Shown: positions 47,628 through 56,959 of the stretch, in pieces
Numbering within the stretch: position 1 is the first letter of the stretch
Layout of the letters: each line of letters opens with the position of its first letter
Virus record (IMG/VR): IMGVR_UViG_3300027791_000007
Coordinates: 84,444 to 148,443 of that record
Source of the DNA: a virus
Reading direction: 5' to 3' (one strand)
DNA length: 64,000 bases
Translations under genes and position numbers: made by a program
The notes under the pieces: model-generated
The model's input: only the letters and a program-made list of their open reading frames with translations
Databases searched by the model: none
Told to the model about the DNA's origin: nothing

Positions 47628-48014
47628 TTAGAATGTATATTTAATTTCAACTTTTAGATTGTCTCTAGTCTTGTCACCAATACCACTGTCTTGTCCATCC
47701 CAACGTCTTGAAAATGAAGGAATGATTTTAAAAGAAGTTTTAGTGTCACCAACATTGAATTTAAAATCTCGATCAATCTTTAATTCGTTGAAGTTAGTTG
47801 TACTTGAAGAAGCATCTTGTGAGTGAGTTGCCTTAGTACGAATATCACCAAGTTGTTCCCACTTATGCGATATATATGCATAGTTGTAAGTTTTGGTTGT
47901 GCCCTCATTGGAACTATTATATTTGGTTTCACGGTCAATACCCATACCGATATCTGTAGCATTTGCCGTAGTTGTCATTGCCATTAGGGCAACTGCTGTT
48001 AGTACTTTTTTCAT
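47628..48014 (-). CDS. Small exported outer-membrane beta-strand protein
   Basis: MKKVL...ANA signal peptide; alternating beta pattern; C-terminal VEIKYTF. Confidence 0.6.
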   Translation of the reverse strand: MKKVLTAVALMAMTTTANATDIGMGIDRETKYNSSNEGTTKTYNYAYISHKWEQLGDIRTKATHSQDASSSTTNFNELKIDRDFKFNVGDTKTSFKIIPSFSRRWDGQDSGIGDKTRDNLKVEIKYTF

Positions 48015-48046
48015 TCTTATATCTCCGTTAGTTAAAATGAATATAC

Positions 48047-48075
48047 ACTATAACATTAATTTTCATCATTGTCAA
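48047..48075 (-). promoter_or_regulatory. sigma70-type early promoter of the OMP-tctC-tctA operon
   Basis: TTGACA (48075-48070), 17 nt, TGT-TATAGT (48052-48047). Confidence 0.75.
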
Positions 48076-50422
48076 GTGTTTTTTTGTTTAAAATCACAAT
48101 ATAATTCTTATCTTGGGTAGTTACTATTTCATCACTCCTTTTGATAAATCCAATGCTTTCGTAAGATTTTATTGAAGCTGTTTTGGGAACAGACCATACA
48201 TATTGAGTATCAGCTGAATCCACAACGGCATTCAGTAACATCTTACTAATTCTTCTTCCTCTATAATCTGGATGTACCCACAGCCCTCTAGAGCGCCATG
48301 AGATTTGGCAGGTTTTATGTCCACTGTTCACACCGATTAACTTTTCGTTTTCATACACTCCATAGTAGTTGACATCTTCTGTTGTCTTTATATTTATATC
48401 ATGGTCAATCATGTCTTTTACAATAACTACATTGTCATAGAAAAAACATTCCTTCATCAAAGTCCAAGTACTTACATTTGGGGTATCTTTCCTATCAGGC
48501 CAGAGTTGTTTCCAACCCTCAAGTATATCCTCAAATGTTATTTCCTTGACAGTATATATAAGATCTGGGTCTACACCTAAAGATAAAATACTTTTCCAAG
48601 AAGGTTTAACTGTATTATATTTTCTATCATATTCCCACATATTAAAATTACCGTAAAGGTCATCATAAACTGGTAATGTTGTATTTTTTAAATGATCTGG
48701 GTCTTTAATATTTAATCCGATAAATTCTGCTAACACCATTAAGTTTTGTGGTGTAAGATTTAGATGAAATGAATCTTTCATTGATTGATTAATTATTTTC
48801 ATAGAATTAACAAGTGGTAAAGGAGTAGGTAGTTTTTTGTCACCTTCCTGCCAATCAGCATATCCAATCTGTGATTTTATTAAATTATTAAATACAGACA
48901 TTACATTTGGACTTTTTACATTGTTGAATAATTCTGTATTTGTTATACCAAGAGGTATTATCATTAATGTTTTATTTTCTCTAATTTCCTTCCACAACTT
49001 ATCTCTAAGTTTTTCATTTTTGGGAAACTCATAATCTTCTGATACGATATCAAATTTAGCATTTTGTATCCAAATGTTATTTGCAAAATACTGTGCTGTT
49101 TTAGCATCCTTTAAAATAAATATTCCTAGTGGGTTCATGCCACTATTCGTTACTCGTAATCCCTTTTCTTTTTTGGATGTGTATATTTTTCTTTGTAGCA
49201 TCTGTTCTGTATCAAATGGTATACCCATTCCTACAATATCATAATCCCACGAAAGTCCACTCCACTCTTTACCAAAATATTTTTCACCCATATTATACAA
49301 TTTCTTTTTCTTCATAGAATTTGAAAGATTAGATTGTCTAGTTTCTTTTTTGAAAATATTAATTTTTTGTAGTTCACGATCTGCAAATGGGGCAAACCAT
49401 TCGTTTCTATGGTCTTGCGACTCTTGATATAATCTTGAAGATTGATAAGATGGTATCCAAAAGATATTGTGTTTTAAAGGATGGTCTTTTAATTCTTTTA
49501 ATATTTTTCTATAGTATTCATAGATGTAATCCATAGATTCATCTTGTACTTTCCATACTTTTGTGTCAAAATTTTCCATACCTCTACCGTAATATGTATC
49601 ATTATTGAACATACGTTTGATATATTCTGTAATATAAATGTCATCATCTACAACACCCATGTCTTTCATCCATTGAATTTTTTTTGAATGATCTGATTCA
49701 CTGGATTCGCCAGACATTTTTATACCTTTGTGTTTTGATACTGAATGACTTTTAAGTGGATAAATTGAATCAGACCAAAACTCTGTAAACACTTTATCCT
49801 CTTCATCATAAACATCATGTATAAAGTCTACCTCAAAGTTTTCTATTTCCCAACCCATCTCTTTTCTATATCTATCACAGCATATGTCATCTATTCCGTT
49901 ATAATTATTAGGACTTGTGATATGAATTAAATTAGGATTGAATCCTCTGTGTTTTAAAAACATAACTAACCAAGCGCTATCTCTACCACCACTTAGTCCA
50001 ACTGTTATTTCCTTACCTTTGTGTAAATCTAACAGATAACAAAATCTTTCATACTCCTCTTCTATATCATACTCAATCAAATCTTGATTTAGAAAAGGTT
50101 TCCAATTCTCCTCAACTCTTTTGATTTGATTATAGATTGTGCCTGGGCCTACTGTATGTCGTTTAAGATATTTTAATTGTCCAGTTGTAATTCTGTCAGT
50201 AGTTAGTTTTGTTCCCAACTCTTTTTCTGCATCAACTATCTCTTTAAAAGATGGTGATATAAAATTGTCTGAATAGAATAATTGTGTGGTAGCAAAATGA
50301 TCTACAGTTGCTGACCACCTACCGTCTTTCATAAAGACAGAAGCAGATTGACCATCATACCCATAAGTATAATAGTTTCCTTTCTTAACAAACTTTCTAA
50401 TACCATTATTTAAAAATTTCAT
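48056..50422 (-). CDS. Multidomain protein: asparagine-synthetase-like N-type ATP pyrophosphatase, unknown middle domain, C-terminal GNAT acetyltransferase
   Basis: VDHFATTQLFY (AsnB D..G..PLFY-like), VGLSGGRDS, SGE, APFAD; C-terminal RSRGLWVHPDYRGRRIS...YESIGF. Confidence 0.7.
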   Translation of the reverse strand: MKFLNNGIRKFVKKGNYYTYGYDGQSASVFMKDGRWSATVDHFATTQLFYSDNFISPSFKEIVDAEKELGTKLTTDRITTGQLKYLKRHTVGPGTIYNQIKRVEENWKPFLNQDLIEYDIEEEYERFCYLLDLHKGKEITVGLSGGRDSAWLVMFLKHRGFNPNLIHITSPNNYNGIDDICCDRYRKEMGWEIENFEVDFIHDVYDEEDKVFTEFWSDSIYPLKSHSVSKHKGIKMSGESSESDHSKKIQWMKDMGVVDDDIYITEYIKRMFNNDTYYGRGMENFDTKVWKVQDESMDYIYEYYRKILKELKDHPLKHNIFWIPSYQSSRLYQESQDHRNEWFAPFADRELQKINIFKKETRQSNLSNSMKKKKLYNMGEKYFGKEWSGLSWDYDIVGMGIPFDTEQMLQRKIYTSKKEKGLRVTNSGMNPLGIFILKDAKTAQYFANNIWIQNAKFDIVSEDYEFPKNEKLRDKLWKEIRENKTLMIIPLGITNTELFNNVKSPNVMSVFNNLIKSQIGYADWQEGDKKLPTPLPLVNSMKIINQSMKDSFHLNLTPQNLMVLAEFIGLNIKDPDHLKNTTLPVYDDLYGNFNMWEYDRKYNTVKPSWKSILSLGVDPDLIYTVKEITFEDILEGWKQLWPDRKDTPNVSTWTLMKECFFYDNVVIVKDMIDHDINIKTTEDVNYYGVYENEKLIGVNSGHKTCQISWRSRGLWVHPDYRGRRISKMLLNAVVDSADTQYVWSVPKTASIKSYESIGFIKRSDEIVTTQDKNYIVILNKKTLDNDEN

Positions 50423-51113
50423 AATCAATCCATTCGTGAGGTTTGTTTGAAGAATGTGTAAAGTGAACAAATTTTATATCTTCGTGAAACTCTCCCCCCA
50501 TGTATGCAAATTCATTTCCAGTTAGTTCTGTATATTTCTCTGTCATTTTTATCATAAACAATTTTTCTGATTGGTATTCTTGCAACGGTTTTGTGCTTGC
50601 AACCCATCTAATAAACCATGCTTTTGGTAAAAGTTTTAGTTTTAATTTTTCCTTAACACTATCCTCAACAAAGTATTGTTCTCCGTTTACAGGCCCACTT
50701 GTAACTCCATTATCAATGTAGTGTCTCTGCCATTTACGAATATCAGACATAAACTTATCATAGATGTATCTACAATCTTTTGGATAGTATTTAAAGAACC
50801 CACCATTAATTTTATAGTTCTCTGAATTAGTATCTCTCCACCAACCAGGCATTGCAAGAAACTCACCTTTCTCTATAGGATAGTCAAACACTTTCTTATA
50901 ATCATTTGTAAGTAATATGTCAATATCCATAACACAGATAGGTTCATCAATGTCGAGTTGCATACCCCACATTTTATTCCACTGTAAAGTAACCTTATCG
51001 TGATACGGTTGTCGTATCCAGATAAATTCATGTTCTGGTAATTTATTCTCTAGATATGTTTCATACTCTGGGCCGTACTTTTCACCTATTCGTACACATA
51101 ATATTTTTGCCAT
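50406..51113 (-). CDS. GT-A glycosyltransferase-like protein
   Basis: CVRIGEKY, WNKM, MDIDILL (DxD), NGGF, GEQYF, VHFTH..NKPH. Confidence 0.75.
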   Translation of the reverse strand: MAKILCVRIGEKYGPEYETYLENKLPEHEFIWIRQPYHDKVTLQWNKMWGMQLDIDEPICVMDIDILLTNDYKKVFDYPIEKGEFLAMPGWWRDTNSENYKINGGFFKYYPKDCRYIYDKFMSDIRKWQRHYIDNGVTSGPVNGEQYFVEDSVKEKLKLKLLPKAWFIRWVASTKPLQEYQSEKLFMIKMTEKYTELTGNEFAYMGGEFHEDIKFVHFTHSSNKPHEWIDYEIFK

Positions 51114-52648
51114 TATTTTACCTTTATAGTTTCACCTTTTGGATTTTTTATATATCCATCTTTACCCATTAATACTGGTATTTTATTTGGATATGCCCCC
51201 TTAAAAATATATCCCTTTGTTGAATCTTGTAGAAAATTCTGTAGGAGATTATATCTTGTCATGATTTGAGGTAGTCTATAAATTATATGAGTTTTCACAA
51301 ATGAAAATATGTTACTAGCGTTCCACAACACTTTTTTACCATCTGTATATTTTGAAAACTCACTAAAATGATCCTCTAGTAAATCAAACTTTATATAATC
51401 TATTCTACAATTATTTCTTGCCCATTCTAAATTTTCAAGTTGCTGTTCTAAAGTTCCATTCCTTATTGTAAGTTCTCCCTCAGCACCGTATAATTGTTCA
51501 CCTTGTTCGTTAGGATTTTTAATAGTTTTCCTTGGCACTAGACCATCTTTTGGTGGTAATTGAGATATTATCTTCGGCCGAGTGCCAATGTGTTCAATAG
51601 CAGAAGGATCTATTTGTGTTTTTGACTTCCAGTTTTTTACCCACCATTCAAATTCATCAGCAGAAGTAATAAGTTCAACTATTTGTTTCTTTAGTTCTAT
51701 GTGCATATCTGTTATATCATAGAATACTATATGTTTAATGTCAAGTTCTTTTGCTAAAAATTCTGTGATGAGACCAGCAGTTGGTGATACAATAACATCA
51801 AACCCACCCAACTTTCGTTTATATTCTTTAATGTCTCCTATAAATGAGGACATAGTTTCTGTATTTACTGGATAGTATTTGTCACTATTTCTCACATCGT
51901 TAAAAGATGTATATCTTTGAGGTATTCCAGTTTTTTTTGTCACTGGTTCGTTAGGATATCTATTATAAGAAAACGCCTTTATCTTTCTTTCTTCTTCTGA
52001 AAAGTTTCTAATTATTGGATAGTCTTTCGGTTTTAACCAATGTGGTGTATAGTCATCATGAAAGTTTGTATCTGCTCTTTCGTAGTCTGTAAATCTCAAT
52101 TTAAATATGTTAGGCGAACCAAGTTTGTTCCACCATTCTCTATTAAGAACTATATCTTGGTCATGTAAGTTTGCTGGTTTATCTGGTTTTGCAATTATAT
52201 GTCCTTTAACCCAATAGTCATTTTCATTTCTCTCCCATCTTGCAATGTCCTCAAAGAAATATGACATTGGTGTTTTATCTGCATGTCCAGCAAAGTTCAT
52301 TCCACATCTAAGTATTCTAATATATTTAATATGACTAGGTAAATTTAATATCGTGTCATGAACTTCATCTTTCCAACAACATACAGTAAAAGCACCACTA
52401 CCACATCCAGTAAGTCCACCACCAGTATTAAACCAAGTGGTGTGAGCATTCTCATGAATATTCCAATCCCATTTAATATTTTTAGGAAGATGAACTATGT
52501 GACAAAAGATATTTCCCCCACCCCTATCTTTATCACCAAAAACTATTTCTGGATATTTTTTATGCCTGAATCCACTAACATACCGTTTTTGAATGCTGAT
52601 CTCATTTACAAATTTACAAAAATCATCGTAACTTTCAAAGTCATTCAT
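51113..52648 (-). CDS. Hypothetical enzyme, possibly GT-like N-terminus plus Rossmann/MTase-like C-terminus
   Basis: Long coupled ORF; GHI...LHDQ...FHDDYTP; VFYDI, KFDLL, ASNIF; fold is inferred. Confidence 0.4.
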   Translation of the reverse strand: MNDFESYDDFCKFVNEISIQKRYVSGFRHKKYPEIVFGDKDRGGGNIFCHIVHLPKNIKWDWNIHENAHTTWFNTGGGLTGCGSGAFTVCCWKDEVHDTILNLPSHIKYIRILRCGMNFAGHADKTPMSYFFEDIARWERNENDYWVKGHIIAKPDKPANLHDQDIVLNREWWNKLGSPNIFKLRFTDYERADTNFHDDYTPHWLKPKDYPIIRNFSEEERKIKAFSYNRYPNEPVTKKTGIPQRYTSFNDVRNSDKYYPVNTETMSSFIGDIKEYKRKLGGFDVIVSPTAGLITEFLAKELDIKHIVFYDITDMHIELKKQIVELITSADEFEWWVKNWKSKTQIDPSAIEHIGTRPKIISQLPPKDGLVPRKTIKNPNEQGEQLYGAEGELTIRNGTLEQQLENLEWARNNCRIDYIKFDLLEDHFSEFSKYTDGKKVLWNASNIFSFVKTHIIYRLPQIMTRYNLLQNFLQDSTKGYIFKGAYPNKIPVLMGKDGYIKNPKGETIKVK

Positions 52649-52766
52649 CGTATATCACACCCTTTTCTTGTCGTTCTTTTTTAGTTTTAAATGTTGATAG
52701 GAATAAAAGGAATCTCATTTTCCATTTACTAAAAAACTTTAACTTTTGTTTCTTTTTCAAAATCAT
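52641..52766 (-). CDS. 41-aa basic peptide coupled to the carbamoyltransferase
   Basis: MILKKKQKLKFFSKWKMRFLLFLSTFKTKKERQEKGVIYDE; fills the gap and overlaps both neighbours. Confidence 0.4.
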   Translation of the reverse strand: MILKKKQKLKFFSKWKMRFLLFLSTFKTKKERQEKGVIYDE

Positions 52767-54075
52767 TAGCGTGTTCCCATGTGTTAACCATTGGTTTTCC
52801 TCTTATATTTAGGGATGTGTTTAACAACATAGGACAACCAGTTTTATCATACCACTCTTCTAGAATAGGTCTAATTACAGATACACAATCTTTTTCTACG
52901 ACTTGAACTCTTGAAGTTCCATCTACATGTGTTACTGATGTGTAATCATGTTTGGATTTCGATACAAATTGCATGTAGCGATTCATTGGGCCTTCAAAGT
53001 ATTCCTCTGCATATTCTTCTAGTATTGCTGGAGCAAAAGGTCTGAACTTTTCTCTTCGTTTTATTTCATTAACTGTATCTTTAATTGGTTCTCTTGGGTC
53101 AGCAATGAGTGAACGATTACCTAACGCTCTTGGGCCGAACTCTGCCCTACCATTTGCCACACCACACATTTTATGTTTAAGTAAATGTTTGACAACTTCT
53201 TTAGGATTTATTTCTCTTTTTATATCATATCCTAAATATGGGTGCCTCCAGTTTAGTTTCTGTTGAAACACCATTGCAGCCGCACCTAAAGAAGACCCAG
53301 CATCACTTGGGGATGGCATTATCCATATATTCTTACCTTGTATTTTACTATTTGCAACACAGTTTAAAGCACAACCACCCATTATAACAAGGTTTGGTTC
53401 TGGACACTTATCTACAAGTTTTAGTAATTCCTCTTCATATACTGCTTGAACTGATGCAGCCAAATCTTCTGGTTTACCAGTAAACTTTATATCTAACCCA
53501 TAGTGATTATTGTTGTTGTCTAATCTTCTTTTTAACATTGTCTTGTGTTTAGGTTCTCCAAATGCAGCCATACCCATAACAATATATTCTTCTTCGTTTG
53601 GTTTATATCCCAACATTTCTGTAACGGCTGAATATAACAATCCTAAAGACCAAGGATATCTACGAGAATATATCTTCTTTAGTGTTTTATATTTGGAAAG
53701 ATTACCTTGATCAGCGTACCATATTGAAGTAGTATCCCATTCCCCTATTGCATCTACAACTATAACATTTGCTTTTCTGAATGGTGATGTGTAGAAACCA
53801 GCAGCTGCATGTGTTTTGTGGTGGGGGAAACACATATCAAACTTTGGTTTTTTGGTTATCCATTTCTGTCCAGCATACAATCTTCTAGTATTTTTCCAGA
53901 AAGGACTTTCAAAGTAACTTCTCACATCTGAAACACGACTCATGCTTGGGTGTATTCTACTATCACCTTTTATTTGTGAATATCGCTCACTGTGTGATGC
54001 AAAGATAATTTCTCTATCTTCTATGAGACAATAGGCAGCATCATGACTACCTTCACTAATTCCTGCTATTCTCAT
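52729..54075 (-). CDS. NodU/CmcH-family O-carbamoyltransferase
   Basis: HDAA, HHKTHAAAG, VDAIGE, GGCALNCVAN, EFGPRALGNRS, FRPFAP, LNTSLN. Confidence 0.95.
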   Translation of the reverse strand: MRIAGISEGSHDAAYCLIEDREIIFASHSERYSQIKGDSRIHPSMSRVSDVRSYFESPFWKNTRRLYAGQKWITKKPKFDMCFPHHKTHAAAGFYTSPFRKANVIVVDAIGEWDTTSIWYADQGNLSKYKTLKKIYSRRYPWSLGLLYSAVTEMLGYKPNEEEYIVMGMAAFGEPKHKTMLKRRLDNNNNHYGLDIKFTGKPEDLAASVQAVYEEELLKLVDKCPEPNLVIMGGCALNCVANSKIQGKNIWIMPSPSDAGSSLGAAAMVFQQKLNWRHPYLGYDIKREINPKEVVKHLLKHKMCGVANGRAEFGPRALGNRSLIADPREPIKDTVNEIKRREKFRPFAPAILEEYAEEYFEGPMNRYMQFVSKSKHDYTSVTHVDGTSRVQVVEKDCVSVIRPILEEWYDKTGCPMLLNTSLNIRGKPMVNTWEHANDFEKETKVKVF

Positions 54076-54802
54076 TTCCGAACTTCTCTAAATCTTTTTC
54101 AACATCGTTACCAACTAATTTTTTCAATGCATATAACATCAAGTCATGTCTTTGTTGATTACCACCACCGTGAATAATAAAATGAAATCTATTTTCTTTT
54201 GAACCATTGTATGCTTCATGTGCTACACCGTTGTCAAACCAGTAGCCTGTACACTCCTCAAAAGGCAATTCTTCTTTTGTATCTGCTCTTCTTAGATAAC
54301 ATCCTTTTGGTTGTGTTATCGCAATATTAATTGCTGATGCAATAGTCCGTGTTCTACCCTCTGAATCTCTTTTAGCATTTGAATCGTTGTGGGCCGTAAT
54401 AACACCTTCAGGCTCTAATAACATAAATCTACATCTTCTATAACCGCCAGGCTTATGTGGAAATCTATCCCTCAACCATCTTTTCATCTCTGGAGCGTAT
54501 TCATTTACTTCTGTCCACCCCCACCAAGCATCTTCCTCTCGGCAACCATGTCCATCTGGATTCATAGTGTGATGCCAACCCATGTTTTTATCTTCACCCC
54601 TCTTAACCCAACTATGTATAGCTGCAGATTTCCAACCACCAGTTTCAGCAGTGTCTCCGTATCTGTGTTCTACAAAAAATCCATTGTCATACACATCATG
54701 AACTTCTTTGATAATTTCTTTTGGAATATCTAAAGGTATCTTTAAATACCATATATCGTGATGAGCACAATACTGTCTTATTTGATGTTGTATACCCTTC
54801 AT
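54056..54802 (-). CDS. Aspartyl/asparaginyl beta-hydroxylase-like 2OG-Fe(II) oxygenase
   Basis: RFMLLEPEGVITAHND, NIAI, HEAYNGSKENRFHFIIH. Confidence 0.8.
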   Translation of the reverse strand: MKGIQHQIRQYCAHHDIWYLKIPLDIPKEIIKEVHDVYDNGFFVEHRYGDTAETGGWKSAAIHSWVKRGEDKNMGWHHTMNPDGHGCREEDAWWGWTEVNEYAPEMKRWLRDRFPHKPGGYRRCRFMLLEPEGVITAHNDSNAKRDSEGRTRTIASAINIAITQPKGCYLRRADTKEELPFEECTGYWFDNGVAHEAYNGSKENRFHFIIHGGGNQQRHDLMLYALKKLVGNDVEKDLEKFGNENSRN

Positions 54803-55485
54803 CTTCCTATCACCATAAACCTTTCTAATCCGTTATCTAATATTTTACTACCAGAGAATAACACATCCATAAGATTACCTTGTTCTGCAAGTTCGTCAGC
54901 AGATTGAACAGTATTGATATGATCTTCAAATCTTTCATCACTAGTTGATTGTAAAACAATAAGTGGATTCTCAACAAATCCTACATGATTTTTTAAACCC
55001 TCTTCATTTCGTTTCTTCCATTGTTTCATAGGAAACATGTGTTCGCATGAAGTATTTATTATTGTGTCAAAGTCTATTAGTTTGTCATCTAAATGAAATC
55101 CTTTTGAACCACCAGTTTTTTCTGTCAATACATTTTTTCTTTGACATCTAAATTTATTATTATCTTTATAGTGTCGATTAAATTTAAATGATGCCCATTT
55201 TACATCCTCATCTATTTCATAGTTCATAACAAACTCTGCACCCATACCATCTATCAAAAGGTTGGTTGCAATGTGTCCAAACCACCCACCTAGTAAAACA
55301 CAATTTTTTGGTTGGTGTCCAATATTGATAAGTTCATTTATCATCCAAAGTTTTGTCTGTACTTGTGATGTAGTAAAAGAATCTACTAGTCTTTTTACTA
55401 ACCAAGGACGATACCTTGATGCTTCATACCAACCCCTAGACCAGTTATTTGATATTTCTGGCGTGTAGATTACATTGTCTACCAT
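54799..55485 (-). CDS. Class I SAM-dependent methyltransferase-like protein
   Basis: LLGGWFG, NYEID, INTSCEH, RFMVIG. Confidence 0.7.
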   Translation of the reverse strand: MVDNVIYTPEISNNWSRGWYEASRYRPWLVKRLVDSFTTSQVQTKLWMINELINIGHQPKNCVLLGGWFGHIATNLLIDGMGAEFVMNYEIDEDVKWASFKFNRHYKDNNKFRCQRKNVLTEKTGGSKGFHLDDKLIDFDTIINTSCEHMFPMKQWKKRNEEGLKNHVGFVENPLIVLQSTSDERFEDHINTVQSADELAEQGNLMDVLFSGSKILDNGLERFMVIGR

Positions 55486-56291
55486 AATTTTTTTATCTCT
55501 TCTATATCAGGCATTTCATCATCATCACTTTTGTAACTATTATTAAATAAACATATCTTCAAGTCTTTTCTTAGTTTCTTAGTTTCCATGTCATCTGGAA
55601 AGATATTCCCTTTGTACCAAGAATATATCCATCCTTTTGGAAATGATTGTAATAGGTTTGGTGCATAGTGTTCATGAGGAAGTTCATGAGTTTTACTGCT
55701 TTGTTTTACATGACATCTTTCTTGATACTCTATATCCTCTTCCCAGATATTATACCAGAAGTGATTAAAATAATTATCTATAGTTCTGTAGGAAAAAAAT
55801 ACCACCTCTCTATTCTTATGAATATGCCTCTCTATTATATCTAACTGTCCTCTATTCCATCTTATGCAAGAAGAATTTAGTGGTGTTGATTTTACAGTAC
55901 CAAAATTTTTTCTACAGTTAGTGATGTCATTCCACCATCCTCTTACAATGTAAGGACGATACATATCTAATTCAAACATACAATCTATATTATTATGAAT
56001 AAGAATATCTATATCAAAATATAAAAAATTAGTTCCTTTTATTTGTGGAAAATGTTTATCTATGTTAAACATGTAACATTTACGATATGCCCAGAACATA
56101 TTCTTATCTGCTCTATAATGTTCATCCCACACTGTAGGAAGTTGTATATCATACTCTTCTTTTGGATTATCTGTAAGACAGTAAAAATTAAAAGGAACTG
56201 TAAGGTGTCTTTCTAATTGTTCTTTAAGTTTTTTAACATAGGTGTCATCATACTTATCACCCCAGCGTACACACAGTACTGTGTTTTCCAT
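55479..56291 (-). CDS. GT-A glycosyltransferase-like protein
   Basis: CVRWGDKY, FYCLTD, YFDIDILI (DxD), NSS, YSW. Confidence 0.78.
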   Translation of the reverse strand: MENTVLCVRWGDKYDDTYVKKLKEQLERHLTVPFNFYCLTDNPKEEYDIQLPTVWDEHYRADKNMFWAYRKCYMFNIDKHFPQIKGTNFLYFDIDILIHNNIDCMFELDMYRPYIVRGWWNDITNCRKNFGTVKSTPLNSSCIRWNRGQLDIIERHIHKNREVVFFSYRTIDNYFNHFWYNIWEEDIEYQERCHVKQSSKTHELPHEHYAPNLLQSFPKGWIYSWYKGNIFPDDMETKKLRKDLKICLFNNSYKSDDDEMPDIEEIKKLW

Positions 56292-56327
56292 AATATCCTC
56301 ACTTTAAATAATATAATTATAACAGAA

Positions 56328-56930
56328 TTATTTGCCGTTGTCAAGTATTAATTTGTAATAGTAAAAAACATCTAACGGATTATCAGCCTTACGAATACCA
56401 GACTTTAATTTTCTATCATCACTATCTTTTACTATTTGTAATTCAAAAACCTTTAGTTTTAGTTTAAATAGGTCTTCTTTATCTTCCTTAGAACTACCAT
56501 CATATTCAAAAATCATTTGGTTAATATTAGACGTAATGACTTCACTTTTAGTTAATGGATTTTCTGCATAGTTATATAAACCATTTTCTTTCGCATATTT
56601 GTCAAAAGCAAATCTAAATTCTTCTCTAACTGCTTCATGGTTTTCTAAAGTTCTTCGTTCTAAATCCTCATAGGAAACTTCTTTAAGTAAATCTTGAAAC
56701 TGTTGATCATTTTCATCTACTACAACATAGTGTGAAACAACATGAGTTTTTATCTTATACGTTTCGATATTACCTTTTTTTAGATAAAATTCTTTTTTGA
56801 TTTCAGCATCTGTTCCAGAAGGTTCATCTGGAGCTACTTTTCTGTATAGAACTTCTACAGTATCATGCTCTGGATTAGTATATGCTGCATCGCATATTCT
56901 TCCAGAAAAAATTGAGTTACCTATTGACAT
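56328..56930 (-). CDS. Hypothetical late protein
   Basis: First ORF after late promoter 56955-56948. Confidence 0.5.
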   Translation of the reverse strand: MSIGNSIFSGRICDAAYTNPEHDTVEVLYRKVAPDEPSGTDAEIKKEFYLKKGNIETYKIKTHVVSHYVVVDENDQQFQDLLKEVSYEDLERRTLENHEAVREEFRFAFDKYAKENGLYNYAENPLTKSEVITSNINQMIFEYDGSSKEDKEDLFKLKLKVFELQIVKDSDDRKLKSGIRKADNPLDVFYYYKLILDNGK

Positions 56931-56947
56931 TTGTTTTCCTTTATCAT

Positions 56948-56955
56948 TATTTATA
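56948..56955 (-). promoter_or_regulatory. T4-type late promoter heading the tailoring-enzyme cluster
   Basis: TATAAATA. Confidence 0.65.
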
Positions 56956-56959
56956 CGTT

